Source of the DNA: Candidatus Thorarchaeota archaeon
GTDB taxonomy: Archaea; Asgardarchaeota; Thorarchaeia; Thorarchaeales; Thorarchaeaceae
Assembly (NCBI GenBank): GCA_046758445.1
Contig: JBHIAE010000009.1
Span: 8,788 to 72,787 of the forward strand
Length of the DNA: 64,000 nucleotides
Direction of reading: 5' to 3'
Below are positions 18,218 through 29,699 of this stretch, one piece after another. The stretch's first letter is position 1; each line of letters starts with the position of its first letter. Position numbers and translations under genes: made by a program. The notes below the pieces were generated by a model. The model saw only the letters and a program-made list of their open reading frames with translations, had not been told where the DNA came from and searched no databases.

Positions 18218-19891
18218 TCATCTCCTCCTGCTGAAGACAACGACAAGTATCACTACGCCTACGGCCCCAGCGATGTACAGGCCATATTCAGCTAAGAACT
18301 CCATGAGAGGGTTGCCATCTGTTGTGGTAGTGGTGGTGGTTGTCGTAGTAATGATTGATCCTATGGAGTTGCGTACGCGTATCACCATCTCCATGCCGAG
18401 ATGCCAATTCGTGCCGTTTCTGACGGATGCCTGCACTGTGATGTTAGTGCCATCAACCTGTGGAGATATCACGTAAAAGTAGTTCGCAGTAGTTTCTTGA
18501 TAGTTTTGGGTAGTATTGTAGAAGTTGGACGTGATTGTGTGGTTGGTCCACTGGCCGCTGCCAATCTTGACACCCAGAGACACTTCATCAATGTCCGGAA
18601 ACAGCATATGAGCAAAGACTGTGACATTGATCTCGGACTCGCTGTTCGGGATGTTGGGTTCCCAGTACACGTTGATGTGGTCACCATTACCTGCGTCACC
18701 GAGAGCCGAGTCATAGTCGTATACTTCAAGATACCACTGGGCGACATTCTCATTTTCTATGATGACTCCTGCTTCCCGGTTGTCACCAATGCTGCCGTCA
18801 CTGTAGTTTATGCTGCTTATGAGCACTATTCTCCCGTCGACAATGATGCCCTTGTTGTGTTGGGCTTGGAACCATGTTTCGTATTGGTATACAACAGGTA
18901 TTCCATGAGTTCTGAACTCTTCAGCCACAACTTCCACGTCAGGCTTCGCACCCTCTTCTGTTATCACACGGACGGTCACTCCACGGTTCTTGGCCGCAAT
19001 GATGGCATCGATTACTTGATCGACTTCACCGGCATCTCCGACGCTCGTGAAGTACGGAATCTGAATGTCCAGAGTTGCCTGAGCGGAGTTGATACAATAC
19101 AGTATGCCTTGTAGGCTTGTGTCAGGGCTGAAGATTGGTGTTACATTCATTGGACCACTGAAGTGTCCTGGTTGACTGAAAGGTCGTGGATATGAGCTAC
19201 CTGTCTGGTTGTATGAGAGGGGGGAGCCAGTTCCATGTTCAGTTGAGTTATAGTCAATTCCATTGCCCCAGTCGTAATCAAAGACATCTCTGTAGTAATC
19301 TGTGACCACTGTGTCCGTCATAGCAATACTCCATTCCCTATTGGCCCTCTTGCCGTCTTCAGGGAAGCTCGTCTTCGCCCAGTTGCCAGCCTGGACGACG
19401 GTCGTCTTGTTGTCAATGATTACGAACTTCTGGTGAGCAAAAGTAAATTCCGCGTCATTTGTCCACTTCACAGGGAAACCCAGCAGCGTAAGGTTATTGG
19501 CCACATAGTCATTCGGAGAGTAGTAGCCGAGGCTGTTCCAACCCAACAGGAACTTCATTTCGAGTCCAGGCTTGGCGGCATGAAGCTCGTGAATCAAGTC
19601 CAGAATGTATGGATTGTTGACGCCATAAATCTCAACAAGAATACTCTCCTTAGCACTACTCAGGAAATGCCACAACTCGTCCCTGCTCCCGTCAGGTGAT
19701 ACAAAGGTCGTGACATTCATGTTTCTGTTGAAAGTCTGCCAAGTGAACTGTGATAATGCGAAGTTATCGACAGGCGCTCCTCTTGCCGGAAGAAACAATG
19801 AAGCAGGAAGAACTCCTGATAGCATAAGAGCCACGATTAGCAGACCGATGGTTTTGTGTTGGGTATTCTTCAATCCTGGTCCCTCTTCCAT
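18218..19891 (-). CDS. exported phospholipase D-family protein, membrane-anchored
   Basis: Two HKD motifs, 'HQKFVIID' and 'HNKGIIVD'; signal peptide; poly-Thr linker, TM and RRR tail. Confidence 0.88.
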   Translation of the reverse strand: MEEGPGLKNTQHKTIGLLIVALMLSGVLPASLFLPARGAPVDNFALSQFTWQTFNRNMNVTTFVSPDGSRDELWHFLSSAKESILVEIYGVNNPYILDLIHELHAAKPGLEMKFLLGWNSLGYYSPNDYVANNLTLLGFPVKWTNDAEFTFAHQKFVIIDNKTTVVQAGNWAKTSFPEDGKRANREWSIAMTDTVVTDYYRDVFDYDWGNGIDYNSTEHGTGSPLSYNQTGSSYPRPFSQPGHFSGPMNVTPIFSPDTSLQGILYCINSAQATLDIQIPYFTSVGDAGEVDQVIDAIIAAKNRGVTVRVITEEGAKPDVEVVAEEFRTHGIPVVYQYETWFQAQHNKGIIVDGRIVLISSINYSDGSIGDNREAGVIIENENVAQWYLEVYDYDSALGDAGNGDHINVYWEPNIPNSESEINVTVFAHMLFPDIDEVSLGVKIGSGQWTNHTITSNFYNTTQNYQETTANYFYVISPQVDGTNITVQASVRNGTNWHLGMEMVIRVRNSIGSIITTTTTTTTTTDGNPLMEFLAEYGLYIAGAVGVVILVVVFSRRR

Positions 19892-19974
19892 GCTCTTAGA
19901 TAGACGCTGTGTTTATTTGGTCCACTTATAACTTGCTGAGTGTCAACAGAAATCTCTGCAGGTAGGGCGGCGCT

Positions 19975-20235
19975 ATGAAGCTGTTCTATAGAATCGACCC
20001 GTCCAAGTATCAGTCATGTATGGAGAGAATACAGGAGGAGTTTGAGATGCACAAGGAAGTAGACGAGGACAAGACGATTCTAACATTGGATGATGAAGCC
20101 AGGATCGTGAAAGTCACTGGGAGCTTCTTTCCGTGGGAAGAAGATGTGGCAATGGTCAAGGTCATCTTGACTGATGATACACTACGGGGCTTCTTCGACT
20201 CGGTTCTGGGCAACCCCTACAAAGGGAGGGGGTAG
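19975..20235 (+). CDS. hypothetical protein
   Basis: 86-aa ORF with protein-like composition, no overlap. Confidence 0.6.
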   Translation: MKLFYRIDPSKYQSCMERIQEEFEMHKEVDEDKTILTLDDEARIVKVTGSFFPWEEDVAMVKVILTDDTLRGFFDSVLGNPYKGRG

Positions 20236-20345
20236 AACTGCCAAACGGAGAAATGTCAAGGACAGGGGACAAACCGCTGGTTTCAGGGATTCGCCCCTGT
20301 CAGGTCTGAGGGGCCAAAGAGCTAGTGCCCTTGGAAACCCTCATA

Positions 20346-20528
20346 TTACGCCTCTTCGATAGCGCCCTCAGGACAGCTGTCTACGCAGGCGAAGCACTCA
20401 GTGCATTCGTCGGCACGGTCTTCCTGATAGACTGCCTTGTCATTCACAACATACAAGGTTGGATCGACCGGGCAGACATCAGCACAAGTTCCACACGCAG
20501 TGCATGCGTCTGTTACTTTCCACATCAT
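20346..20528 (-). CDS. 2x[4Fe-4S] ferredoxin
   Basis: 'CTACGTCADVCP' and 'CTECFACVDSCP'. Confidence 0.93.
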   Translation of the reverse strand: MMWKVTDACTACGTCADVCPVDPTLYVVNDKAVYQEDRADECTECFACVDSCPEGAIEEA

Positions 20529-20741
20529 GTTGTGTCACTTCACCTTAGGGACTATTACACTAGTCCAGCAATGCTGAGCCGCCATGTGTCACATTTAAAC
20601 TTCGTTATCTGGCCAGCACGAAGCTGCGGGCGTTCTAGATGGCGCTTTCGGAACTCCGAATAAGGATGTCAAGGCCGCGCAGAGAATAATCATATGTGAA
20701 GTGTAAGGGCAAAGCCAGAAAACTCCAGCTAGGTGAACATC

Positions 20742-21407
20742 ATGTCAGGAACGTCTGAGAGGGATACTCCAACAGAGAAGTCCGCTAGGCGTCTTGGCCT
20801 CGTAGGTGCCACCAATCTCGGTCTGAGTGCAATGCTTGGCGGAGGAATCTACGTTATCTGAGGATTTGCCGCAGGAATGATAGGCGCGGCGCTGGTCCTT
20901 GTTTATTTGGTATCCTTAGTTGCCGTTAGCGTGTTTACTCTCACTGGAAGAGTTGATCTTGTGGCCGCTCTCTCGGGACTCGTCTATCTTGTTGGACAGG
21001 CCATCGTGAACTCGTCTGTGATTAGACTGAAAGAGCACGGACTCAATGTGCCCGGGACTTTCAAATCGCCTCTCTATCCGGCGTTCCCAATAATCGGTGT
21101 CGGGGTATGCCTATTCTTCATTGTCAACCAGTCCTTCGAATCACTTCAGCTGGGGTTCATGCTCGCCATCATCGGTCTAGTCATATACCTAGCGTATGGG
21201 AGAAGCCGAAACAGTGCACACTTGGAGAAATCGCGACCTGAAAGAACTGCTGCAACTGTTCGTGCTGTGGAACTGAAGATGACGATGGACAACACGTTCG
21301 GTAGATTCAGTCCGATAACTGATGAAGAGATACCGATGGTAATCAAAAACAAGGTGAGTAGTCACGAGGATGAACATGATACGACAACAGCCGATGAAGT
21401 TGAGTGA
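20742..21407 (+). pseudogene. APC-family amino acid permease remnant (nonsense codon plus a large internal deletion)
   Basis: ATG 20742 follows AGGTGA. TM1 'RLGLVGATNLGLSAMLGGGIYVI*GFAAG' has TGA at 20859, then the frame jumps to C-terminal 'FKSPLYPAFPIIG'. About 220 codons versus more than 400 expected. Confidence 0.75.
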
Positions 21408-21409
21408 GT

Positions 21410-23221
21410 CTAGCTCGCATCCGAATCTAGCCATTTCCTGAGTGCCTCAGCAGCTCTCTGGGTCATCCCGGCTACTTGAGCGAGTTCTTCCACACGTGCA
21501 TCTTTCACTTCATCAAAGCTGCCGAACGTTTCGAGAAGTGCGGCACGCCTCTTGGGCCCTATTCCCGGGGCTTCCTCCAGAATAGAACCCGTGAATCTCT
21601 TCTCACGAAGCTTGTGATGATACTTTTGAGCGAATCGATGCGCTTCGTCACGGATGCTCTGGAGTAGATGAAGCGCTGCAGAATCCAACTCCAGTTCAAG
21701 TCCAGCAGAGAACTCACGAGTATACAGAATCTCCTCACGTTTTGCTAGCGCTGCCACATTCAAGTAATCAAGCCCCAAATCCCTCAGTGCCTTCAATGCA
21801 GAGTTGAGCTGCCCTTTTCCCCCGTCAACAAGAATCAGATCCGGGAGCAGGTGTCCTTTCTCAAGCAGCCCCATATACCTACGGTAAACGACCTCTTGCA
21901 TCATAGCATAGTCATCAGGAGTTTCTTTCACTCTGACTCTGAACATCCTGTATCTCTTGTTGTCCGGGGCTCCGTTTTTGAAGACAACACAGGAACCAGT
22001 GGGATCTGTACCCTGTATGTTTGCAATGTCAAACCCCTCGATGTGCATAGGCGCCTGAGCCAGTCCCAGTACATCCTTCAGCTCCTTTACGCCCTCGTGT
22101 ACAATCTCATCTTCGCTCTCTCCGAGGATGAGTATCTTGCGAAGTGCCCTGTAGGCGTTCTTGTTTGCCATGTCCACAAGTTCGGTGCCTCTTCTGTCGG
22201 ATGGAACGCGCAACTCAACAGAATGATCGTAGGGTTCTTCAAGCCATTTCCCGAGTTGAGCCATGTCAGGAATCTCATGTGGGAGCAGAATCTCATCAGG
22301 AAGACGGGGGATTGTAAAGTAGAACTGTTCGATGAAAGCTGTGAGCACTTGAGTGTCAGTTACATCTAGGTCTACCTCGAAGTAGAAGTTATCCTGCCCT
22401 ATTAGCCGACCATTTCGAACGATCAGCATTTCAACAAGCGCCGCCTGTTCCGTTCTGGAGATGCCGAGAACATCTCTGTTGGCTCCATGAATCTCAACGA
22501 CCTTCTGTCGGCTCATGATTATCTCAATGTCAGTCAGACGGTCCCTAATCTCCGCGGCTTTCTCGAAGTCCATTTTCGCCGAGGCGTCGTCCATCTGGCT
22601 CTTTAGGATCTCAGTCAACTCTTCTGTGCGGCCTTCTAGATACAGACACATCTGTTCGACTAGAAACCGATACTCGGCGGCAGTGACGTGTTGTTTGCAT
22701 GGACCAGCACATCTGTCAAGGTGATAGTCCATGCACTCTCTCTTCACCTTGGCGGGCTCCTTGCAGTTGGCGATGGGTATGAACCTTCTAATGGTGTCCA
22801 TGAACCTGCCTAGCCGTTTGGTCCCACCATATGGTCCATAGTACTTTGCTCCATCCTTCTCCGTGTCGCGAGTTATCTCAAAAACTGGAATCGGCTTCTC
22901 CAAGTCCACTTTGATCCAAGCATGCTTCTTGTCGTCCTTCAGTGCGAGATTGTAGGGAGGCCTATGCTCCTTGATGAGAGAGGCCTCGAGGACTAACGCC
23001 TCCCTCTCAGTATTTGTGACTATCGTGTCAAGATCTCTCGCAGCAAACACCATCTCAGCTGTCCTGCGCATCAGACCTTCTCGTAGATAGGATGATACTC
23101 TCTTCCTCAATGATTTGGCCTTGCCAATGTACAGAATGCCTCCAACATCGTCCTTCCAGAGATAGACTCCTGGAACGTCAGGGAGGTCATGTACCAGTTT
23201 GGCTAGGTCAGACATTCTCAA
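21410..23221 (-). CDS. uvrC: excinuclease ABC subunit C
   Basis: GIY-YIG 'PGVYLW...LYIGKAKSLRKRV', 'EGFDIANIQG', 'DGGKGQL', 'RDEAHRFA', HhH 'GIGPKR'. Confidence 0.97.
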   Translation of the reverse strand: MRMSDLAKLVHDLPDVPGVYLWKDDVGGILYIGKAKSLRKRVSSYLREGLMRRTAEMVFAARDLDTIVTNTEREALVLEASLIKEHRPPYNLALKDDKKHAWIKVDLEKPIPVFEITRDTEKDGAKYYGPYGGTKRLGRFMDTIRRFIPIANCKEPAKVKRECMDYHLDRCAGPCKQHVTAAEYRFLVEQMCLYLEGRTEELTEILKSQMDDASAKMDFEKAAEIRDRLTDIEIIMSRQKVVEIHGANRDVLGISRTEQAALVEMLIVRNGRLIGQDNFYFEVDLDVTDTQVLTAFIEQFYFTIPRLPDEILLPHEIPDMAQLGKWLEEPYDHSVELRVPSDRRGTELVDMANKNAYRALRKILILGESEDEIVHEGVKELKDVLGLAQAPMHIEGFDIANIQGTDPTGSCVVFKNGAPDNKRYRMFRVRVKETPDDYAMMQEVVYRRYMGLLEKGHLLPDLILVDGGKGQLNSALKALRDLGLDYLNVAALAKREEILYTREFSAGLELELDSAALHLLQSIRDEAHRFAQKYHHKLREKRFTGSILEEAPGIGPKRRAALLETFGSFDEVKDARVEELAQVAGMTQRAAEALRKWLDSDAS

Positions 23222-23326
23222 TCATCCTTGAGTGAGTGACGTTTCACAGATAAGAATACCACAAATCAGTGATTCGGAAGCTGCGAGCCCTGGAGTCCCC
23301 CACTCATTCCCGTTCAAGAACGCTGT

Positions 23327-23806
23327 CTATTCGTGTCCACTAGCCATCTCCGACCGCCATTTCAGAATTGCTTCGCAGACCTGCCCTCTTGAGCAGCCAT
23401 AGTATGTGTAATCTTTGCAAGAGATGCATGGGGAAACATCCCCACCATCACGGAGGCCGCGCCTCTCTATCCGACGAAGACTGTCGAGGCTGTCTGCAAC
23501 TGAGTCTCTACTCTTCGGTCTAGCTGGCTCCACATCCCTCTTCCCGAGGGCTACAAGCGTACCCTCGAGCTCCAGCCAGAAGTGTGGTGGGCGTGGATTA
23601 ATGGATATGGCCTTTCTCAGTGCTGCCTCAGCTTCCTCGAAACGGCTAAGAGATCTCAGATGTCGACCAAGAGAATACCAAGACTGGGCATCACGTGGAA
23701 ATGCGGATAGTCGTCGCCTCAAGTCGTCCTCATAGGCCGTTGTACGTGTTCTAACAATACCCGTTATTCGCGGTGCAGAAGTAGTTGGTTCATCATTCTG
23801 GCCCAT
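23327..23806 (-). CDS. small TPR protein with a C-terminal four-Cys cluster
   Basis: TPR 'WYSLGRHL...FEEAEAALRKAISINP'; 'CISCKDYTYYGCSRGQVC'. Confidence 0.7.
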   Translation of the reverse strand: MGQNDEPTTSAPRITGIVRTRTTAYEDDLRRRLSAFPRDAQSWYSLGRHLRSLSRFEEAEAALRKAISINPRPPHFWLELEGTLVALGKRDVEPARPKSRDSVADSLDSLRRIERRGLRDGGDVSPCISCKDYTYYGCSRGQVCEAILKWRSEMASGHE

Positions 23807-23949
23807 CTATACCTGTCCTCCCGGCGGACTACTACAAGTTAGCAAGTTCCTCTAATATAGAATTGTGAGACGGACCAAAATCTGAAGAGGCTGACGAGAA
23901 ATCGACAATAAAAGGCGCGGTTCTGCTCGAGAGGAGGTTGGTCTGAGGC

Positions 23950-26808
23950 TCAATTCAATGGACCGTACCGAACGTTGGGACCGAAGAGCGCCGACCGCAA
24001 GTGATTGCCAGTGTACGAATTCCAGACATCGCACACTTCTTCAGGTGTACCCTGCGCAACAATCTCACCGCCGCTGTCACCCCCCTCCGGACCGAGATCA
24101 ATGAGCCAGTCGGCGGTCTTGACAACCTCGAGATTGTGCTCGACTATAATCACAGTGTTTCCTGCATCAACTAGCCGATTGATGACTTGCAGAAGAACAT
24201 GAACGTCAGATGCGGACAATCCTGTAGTTGGTTCATCGAGCAGGTAGAGACTTTGCCCAGTGCTTCGCCTGGAAAGCTCTGACGCTATCTTCATCCGTTG
24301 AGACTCACCCCCACTCAGAGTCGTCGCGGGCTGTCCAAGTTCCAGATAACCGAGTCCGACTGCAACCAAAGTGGCAAGCTTGTCAGCAATCTTTGGGATG
24401 TCTGAGAAGAACTTCAATGCCTCCTCAATTGTCATCTCAAGGACGTCTGTGATACTCTTGTCCTTGTAAGTCACCTCTAAGGTTTCTCTATCGAAACGCT
24501 TTCCCTCACATACATCGCAGGTCATATAGACGTCACTCATGAAGTGCATCTCTACTCGCAGAACACCGCTGCCGCGGCACTTCTCACATCGACCTTCACG
24601 AGTGTTGAAGCTGAACCTGCCAGGCCCATATCCTCTAGCCTTTGCTTCAGGCATCTTTGCAAAGAGGTCCCGTATCTCTCCGAATGTCTTCGTGTAAGTC
24701 GCCGGGTTTGAGCGAGGGGTTCGTCCTATTGGCGATTGATCAACTAGTATTAGTCGGTCTATCGACTCAATCCCTTCAACACCGTCGTGGTCACCAGGCA
24801 GAAGAGACGCATCGTTCATCTGTCTGGCTAGAGTTTTGTACAGAGTTTCGTAAGTCAACGTGCTCTTGCCCGATCCAGAAACTCCTGTCACACAGACCAT
24901 CTTACCAAGTGGGAACTCCACGGTGATGTTCTTCAGGTTGTGCTGCCTTGCCCCTCTCAAGACAATCTTCTCGCCGTTGCCTTGCCTCCTCTCAACGGGC
25001 ACAGGAATCTGCCGCTCCCCGGCCAAGTACTGTGCTGTCAGTGATTTCGGGTCTGAGAGAACATCAGATGGTGGCCCAGTGGCAACAACCTCTCCGCCGT
25101 GGATGCCTGCCAAGGGACCAAGATCGACAATGTGGTCCGCAGCTTGGATAGTATCTCTGTCGTGTTCTATGACCACAACAGTGTTCCCCAGTGAACGCAA
25201 ATGATAGAATGTTTCAATGAGGCGGTTGATGTCACGAGGGTGGAGACCGATGGACGGTTCATCGAGGCAGTAGAGAACTCCAGTGAGCGCAGACCCGATC
25301 TGTGTGGCCAACCTGATTCTCTGACTCTCGCCTCCAGAGAGACTCATTGAAAGACGGTCGAGGTTCAAGTACTCCAAACCGACCGCGAGAAGGAATCTCA
25401 GTCTTGCTCTGATCTCTTTCAGCACAAGCTCGGCTATCTTCATGTCCCGATCAGATAGTTCAATGCTCTCAAAGAAGCCGGAGGCCTCCTCGATGGTCAT
25501 GGAGGTCACCTCATCGATCGCCTTGCCACCGACTGTGACTGCCAAGCTCTCTGGTTTCAGTTTACGTCCGCCACACGATTCGCAAGTTGTCTTCCTAGAT
25601 AGTACATTTGCGATATGACGAGCACGCCACTGGTACCACCGTTTGTCGCTACCCTTGGCGTCCTCGAATACCTTATTGAGCCAGGGAATGATACCCCTCC
25701 ACTTCCGTGTGACCTCCCACCTTGATGACTCTGACTCCATGACGTATGTCAGAACCAACTCTGATCTACCCCACAAGAACTCGTCCCGCTGAAGCTTGGA
25801 CATCTCTCTCCATGGAGTTTCTATTGAGAAACCGAGCAGGCTTCCAAGCGCCTCCAATCGTCGGAGGAACCATGCTCTTTCACCACCGTTTACTCTTCGA
25901 CTAATCTCTCTAACAGTCATGTTTCGGTCGGGCACAATAAGCCTTGGATCGATTGACATTATTACTCCGAGACCGTTGCATGTGGTACACGCCCCGTCAG
26001 GTCTATTGTAGGAGAATGCCTTTGGCCCGGGTTTGTCATATTGGATTCCACATCTTGGACACATTAACTGCTCCGAGAACATGAGATCGGTTTCGCCTTC
26101 TCGCGCAACGATTGCAGCCCCTTCACCGGTTTCCAAAGCGGTTTCGAGTGAACCAATCAAGCGCTCTCGGTTCTTCTGTATGAGCTGTATGCGGTCCACG
26201 ATGACCTCAATGTCGTGTTTCTTCCTGCCGTCAAGCTCAAGGCCTTCTATGTCGTGGGTGTTTCCATCTGCTCTGACTCGGGCAAATCCGTTCTTGAGCA
26301 GAGTTTCTAACAGTTCGCCATGATTTCCTACTTCTCCTCTTACGACTGGCGCAAGGATGTGGATTCGCTGTCCCCCGTTCTCATCGAGCAATAACCTCGC
26401 AGCTGATTCAGCTGTCAGTTGCTCCATTGGTCTCATGCAATGTACGCAGTGCTGCACCCCTACATTGGCGTACAGGAGCCGCAGGTAGTCGTGAATCTCA
26501 GTGCTCGTTCCAACTGTACTTCTCGGATTCTTTGTCCGGCCCTTTTGCTCAATCGAGATTGCCGGTGGGAGTCCTGTGATCTTCTCCACCTTTGGTTTGT
26601 CAAGACGACCAAGGAAGCGTCTTGCATATGAGGACAATGATTCCACATACCTCCGTTGACCTTCAGCAAACAAGGTATCGAAGAGAAGAGTGGACTTTCC
26701 TGAGCCAGAAGGTCCAGTGATAACAACTAGACGGTCACGAGGTATCTCAACGTCGATCTTCTTGAGGTTGTGTTCCTCGGCCTTGCGCACTCTGATGTAC
26801 TCTGTCAT
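23950..26808 (-). CDS. uvrA: excinuclease ABC subunit A (second copy)
   Basis: Two ABC NBDs (GPSGSGKST and [17 protein letters not shown] x2, LDEP x2), three Zn-finger pairs, '[13 protein letters not shown]'. Confidence 0.96.
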   Translation of the reverse strand: MTEYIRVRKAEEHNLKKIDVEIPRDRLVVITGPSGSGKSTLLFDTLFAEGQRRYVESLSSYARRFLGRLDKPKVEKITGLPPAISIEQKGRTKNPRSTVGTSTEIHDYLRLLYANVGVQHCVHCMRPMEQLTAESAARLLLDENGGQRIHILAPVVRGEVGNHGELLETLLKNGFARVRADGNTHDIEGLELDGRKKHDIEVIVDRIQLIQKNRERLIGSLETALETGEGAAIVAREGETDLMFSEQLMCPRCGIQYDKPGPKAFSYNRPDGACTTCNGLGVIMSIDPRLIVPDRNMTVREISRRVNGGERAWFLRRLEALGSLLGFSIETPWREMSKLQRDEFLWGRSELVLTYVMESESSRWEVTRKWRGIIPWLNKVFEDAKGSDKRWYQWRARHIANVLSRKTTCESCGGRKLKPESLAVTVGGKAIDEVTSMTIEEASGFFESIELSDRDMKIAELVLKEIRARLRFLLAVGLEYLNLDRLSMSLSGGESQRIRLATQIGSALTGVLYCLDEPSIGLHPRDINRLIETFYHLRSLGNTVVVIEHDRDTIQAADHIVDLGPLAGIHGGEVVATGPPSDVLSDPKSLTAQYLAGERQIPVPVERRQGNGEKIVLRGARQHNLKNITVEFPLGKMVCVTGVSGSGKSTLTYETLYKTLARQMNDASLLPGDHDGVEGIESIDRLILVDQSPIGRTPRSNPATYTKTFGEIRDLFAKMPEAKARGYGPGRFSFNTREGRCEKCRGSGVLRVEMHFMSDVYMTCDVCEGKRFDRETLEVTYKDKSITDVLEMTIEEALKFFSDIPKIADKLATLVAVGLGYLELGQPATTLSGGESQRMKIASELSRRSTGQSLYLLDEPTTGLSASDVHVLLQVINRLVDAGNTVIIVEHNLEVVKTADWLIDLGPEGGDSGGEIVAQGTPEEVCDVWNSYTGNHLRSALFGPNVRYGPLN

Positions 26809-29699
26809 GCGCTTGACCTCCCTCGACTACCACTCTCCAGGGCTTGTCTGAGATATTCTCCAGTATAGGATTCATTGCAGGCAGCTATCTCTTCGGGAGT
26901 GCCTTCGGCGACCAGGTATCCTCCGTCGTCGCCACCTTCTGGTCCAAGGTCGATGATCCAGTCGGCTGTCTTGACTACGTCCAGTTGGTGCTCTATGACT
27001 AAGACGGTGTTTCCGAGGTCAACTAGACGGTGAAGTACTTCCAATAGCTTCTTGATATCTGCAAAGTGCAGCCCGGTTGTTGGCTCATCCAACATTAGCA
27101 ACGTCTGACCTGTGGCGGGTCTTGAGAGGAACTTACTCAGCTTAACCCTTTGAGCTTCTCCTCCACTGAGTGTTGTGGCCGGCTGACCGAGCTTGACGTA
27201 TCCCATTGATACGTCACAGAGTGTGCGAAGTCGCCTATAGATTGAAGGTAATCCAGCAAAGAACTCGACTGCCTCGTCAATTCTCATGTCGAGAACGTCA
27301 GCGATGTTCTTGCCTTTGAACCTCACCTGAAGGGTTTCTCGGTCATAGCGACGTCCCTTGCATTCAGTACATGTGACCTGCACAGGTGGCAAGAACTGCA
27401 TCTCTATGATCTCAACGCCAGCACCCTTGCATTTCTCACATCTCCCACCCTTCACGTTGAAGCTGAACCTGCCTGGCTTGTATCCTCGAATCTTTGACTC
27501 AGGAAGGCTGGCAAACAACTCTCTAAGAGGAGTCCAGAGTCCGACGTAGGTTGCAGGATTGGAACGTGGAGTCCTTCCAATCGGGCTCTGATCAATCACG
27601 ATGACCTTATCGAGCTGTTCTGCCCCCACCAACTCATCGTAATCACCAGGCACAGCCTCCGCATTGTGGAACCTGCGAGCTAGTTCGCGCTGTAAGGTTT
27701 CCACGACAAGGCTTGACTTCCCTGAACCTGATACTCCTGTGACACAGATGAACATGCCAAGTGGCAATCTGACAACGAGGTCTTTCAGGTTGTTGTGACG
27801 AGCTCCTCGTATCTCAAGGAACCTGCCATTGGACTTCCTCCGAGCCTGTGGTAGAGGTATCTGTTCTTCACCTCGGAGATATCGTGCAGTGATGGATTGT
27901 CTTGACTTCAGGACTTTGTCAATTGGGCCTGCCACTACGACCTCACCGCCCTCAGCACCGGCACCTGGACCAAGATCTATGACATAGTCTGCACTTCTCA
28001 TGGTTTCTTCATCATGCTCCACGACAACTACGGTATTGCCCAGATCACGAAGGCGCATCAAAGATTGTAGCAGTCTTTGGTTGTCACGGGCATGCAAGCC
28101 CACACTAGGTTCATCACACACATAGGTGACACCAACGAGGTTCGAACCAATCTGGCTGGCGAGGCGGATTCTTTGGCTTTCTCCTCCTGCCAGGGTGGGA
28201 GCGGTGCGGTTGAGGGTTAGATAGTCAAGACCAACATCCTGAAGGAAGCCAATCCGACCCTGTATCTCCCTGAGAATGGGTGCCGCAACCGGTTCAAACC
28301 TTGGCTCAATCTTGACTTCTTTGAAGAACCTATCCAGTCCCTTGATTGACAACTTGTCAATCTCTGAGATTGAACGGCCACCAAATGTTACTGCCTGTGA
28401 CTCAGGGCGCAGACGAAGCCCTTTACAGACAGGACAGGCTCTTTCTGACATCAAGCGTTCAATGTCTCGCCTTCTGCCTTCAGACCTAGTCTTGCGGTAT
28501 ATTCGCTGTTGACGCGGGATGAAACCCTCAAAGGTCCTTTTGAAGTGACCCTCCCACTTGACCTCATAGTCTTGATTACTGCTCGACCAAGAGTCCTCAT
28601 ACTTCTCAGTTGTCCCCCAGAAGATGACTTGTTTCTGCTCTTCCGTCAGGTCCTTCCAAGGCGTGTCTAGGGTGAACCCATAGTTCTTTGCAACCTTCCT
28701 GAACATGCGTCGTCGAAGCACCCAGTTGTCTGGGACCATTGCCCCCTCTTTCAAAGACAGTTCTGGGTTTCGAATGAACTTCTTTGGGTCGAACTCTCGA
28801 ACAACTCCAATACCAGTGCAGTGCGGACAAGCACCCTGAGGGGTGTTCCACGAGAAGATACGTGGTTCCATCTCTGGCATGCTGATACCGCAATCAACGC
28901 AGGCGAATTGCTCAGAGAGTGTCAGGTCCTCGTCATCCTTTGCGATGGTGACAACGCCCTCCGCCATCTCCAGGGCGGTCTCCACAGCCTCTGAGATTCT
29001 TCCCCTTTCTGAGGGCTTGACTCGAACACGATCAATGACAACTTCTATGGTGTGCTCAAAGTACCGATCCAGAAACAGACCGTCTTCGATCTCTAGTAGA
29101 TCTCCATCAACTCTAGCTCGAAGGAAGCCTTTCTTTACTAGGTCCCGAAACTCCTTTCGGTACTCTCCCTTTCGGCCCCTTACAATAGGGGCCATAATCA
29201 TCACACGAGTGCCATCTTCAAGTTGGAGAACTCGATCCACAATCTGTTGAGAGGTCTGAGGTTCAATTCTCTTTCCACATTGGGGGCAGTGTGGCACTCC
29301 GACTCTAGCAAACAGAAGCCTCAGAAAGTCATAGATCTCCGTGATGGTTCCTACTGTGCTCCGCGGATTGCGACCCACACTTTTCTGGTCAATAGAAATG
29401 GATGGCGACAGACCTGATATGAAGTCAACTTTCGGTTTCTCAAGCATACCCAAGAACTGACGAGCATATGGTGAGAGCGACTCGACGAATCTCCTTTGGC
29501 CTTCCGAGAAGATAGTGTCATAGACCAGGCTAGACTTCCCCGACCCGCTGACACCCGTCACTACCGTCAAAGTATTCTTTGGAATCTCGCAGGATATGTG
29601 TCTCAGGTTATTCTCCGCAGCTCCAACGACCATGATAGACCTAGGACCATCTGACTCGATGGAAGTGACCTCTGTCTTCTTTCTGGTCGCCGCCTTCAC
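26805..29699 (-). CDS. uvrA: excinuclease ABC subunit A (first copy)
   Basis: GVSGSGKSS x2, '[11 protein letters not shown]', 'RGRKGEY', LAGGESQR and LSGGEAQR, Zn fingers. Confidence 0.97.
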   Translation of the reverse strand: MKAATRKKTEVTSIESDGPRSIMVVGAAENNLRHISCEIPKNTLTVVTGVSGSGKSSLVYDTIFSEGQRRFVESLSPYARQFLGMLEKPKVDFISGLSPSISIDQKSVGRNPRSTVGTITEIYDFLRLLFARVGVPHCPQCGKRIEPQTSQQIVDRVLQLEDGTRVMIMAPIVRGRKGEYRKEFRDLVKKGFLRARVDGDLLEIEDGLFLDRYFEHTIEVVIDRVRVKPSERGRISEAVETALEMAEGVVTIAKDDEDLTLSEQFACVDCGISMPEMEPRIFSWNTPQGACPHCTGIGVVREFDPKKFIRNPELSLKEGAMVPDNWVLRRRMFRKVAKNYGFTLDTPWKDLTEEQKQVIFWGTTEKYEDSWSSSNQDYEVKWEGHFKRTFEGFIPRQQRIYRKTRSEGRRRDIERLMSERACPVCKGLRLRPESQAVTFGGRSISEIDKLSIKGLDRFFKEVKIEPRFEPVAAPILREIQGRIGFLQDVGLDYLTLNRTAPTLAGGESQRIRLASQIGSNLVGVTYVCDEPSVGLHARDNQRLLQSLMRLRDLGNTVVVVEHDEETMRSADYVIDLGPGAGAEGGEVVVAGPIDKVLKSRQSITARYLRGEEQIPLPQARRKSNGRFLEIRGARHNNLKDLVVRLPLGMFICVTGVSGSGKSSLVVETLQRELARRFHNAEAVPGDYDELVGAEQLDKVIVIDQSPIGRTPRSNPATYVGLWTPLRELFASLPESKIRGYKPGRFSFNVKGGRCEKCKGAGVEIIEMQFLPPVQVTCTECKGRRYDRETLQVRFKGKNIADVLDMRIDEAVEFFAGLPSIYRRLRTLCDVSMGYVKLGQPATTLSGGEAQRVKLSKFLSRPATGQTLLMLDEPTTGLHFADIKKLLEVLHRLVDLGNTVLVIEHQLDVVKTADWIIDLGPEGGDDGGYLVAEGTPEEIAACNESYTGEYLRQALESGSRGRSSA

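Noticed and set aside
18321-18350. GTG/GTT triplet run suggesting a microsatellite
   Set aside because: It encodes the poly-Thr linker of the PLD protein with mixed codons.
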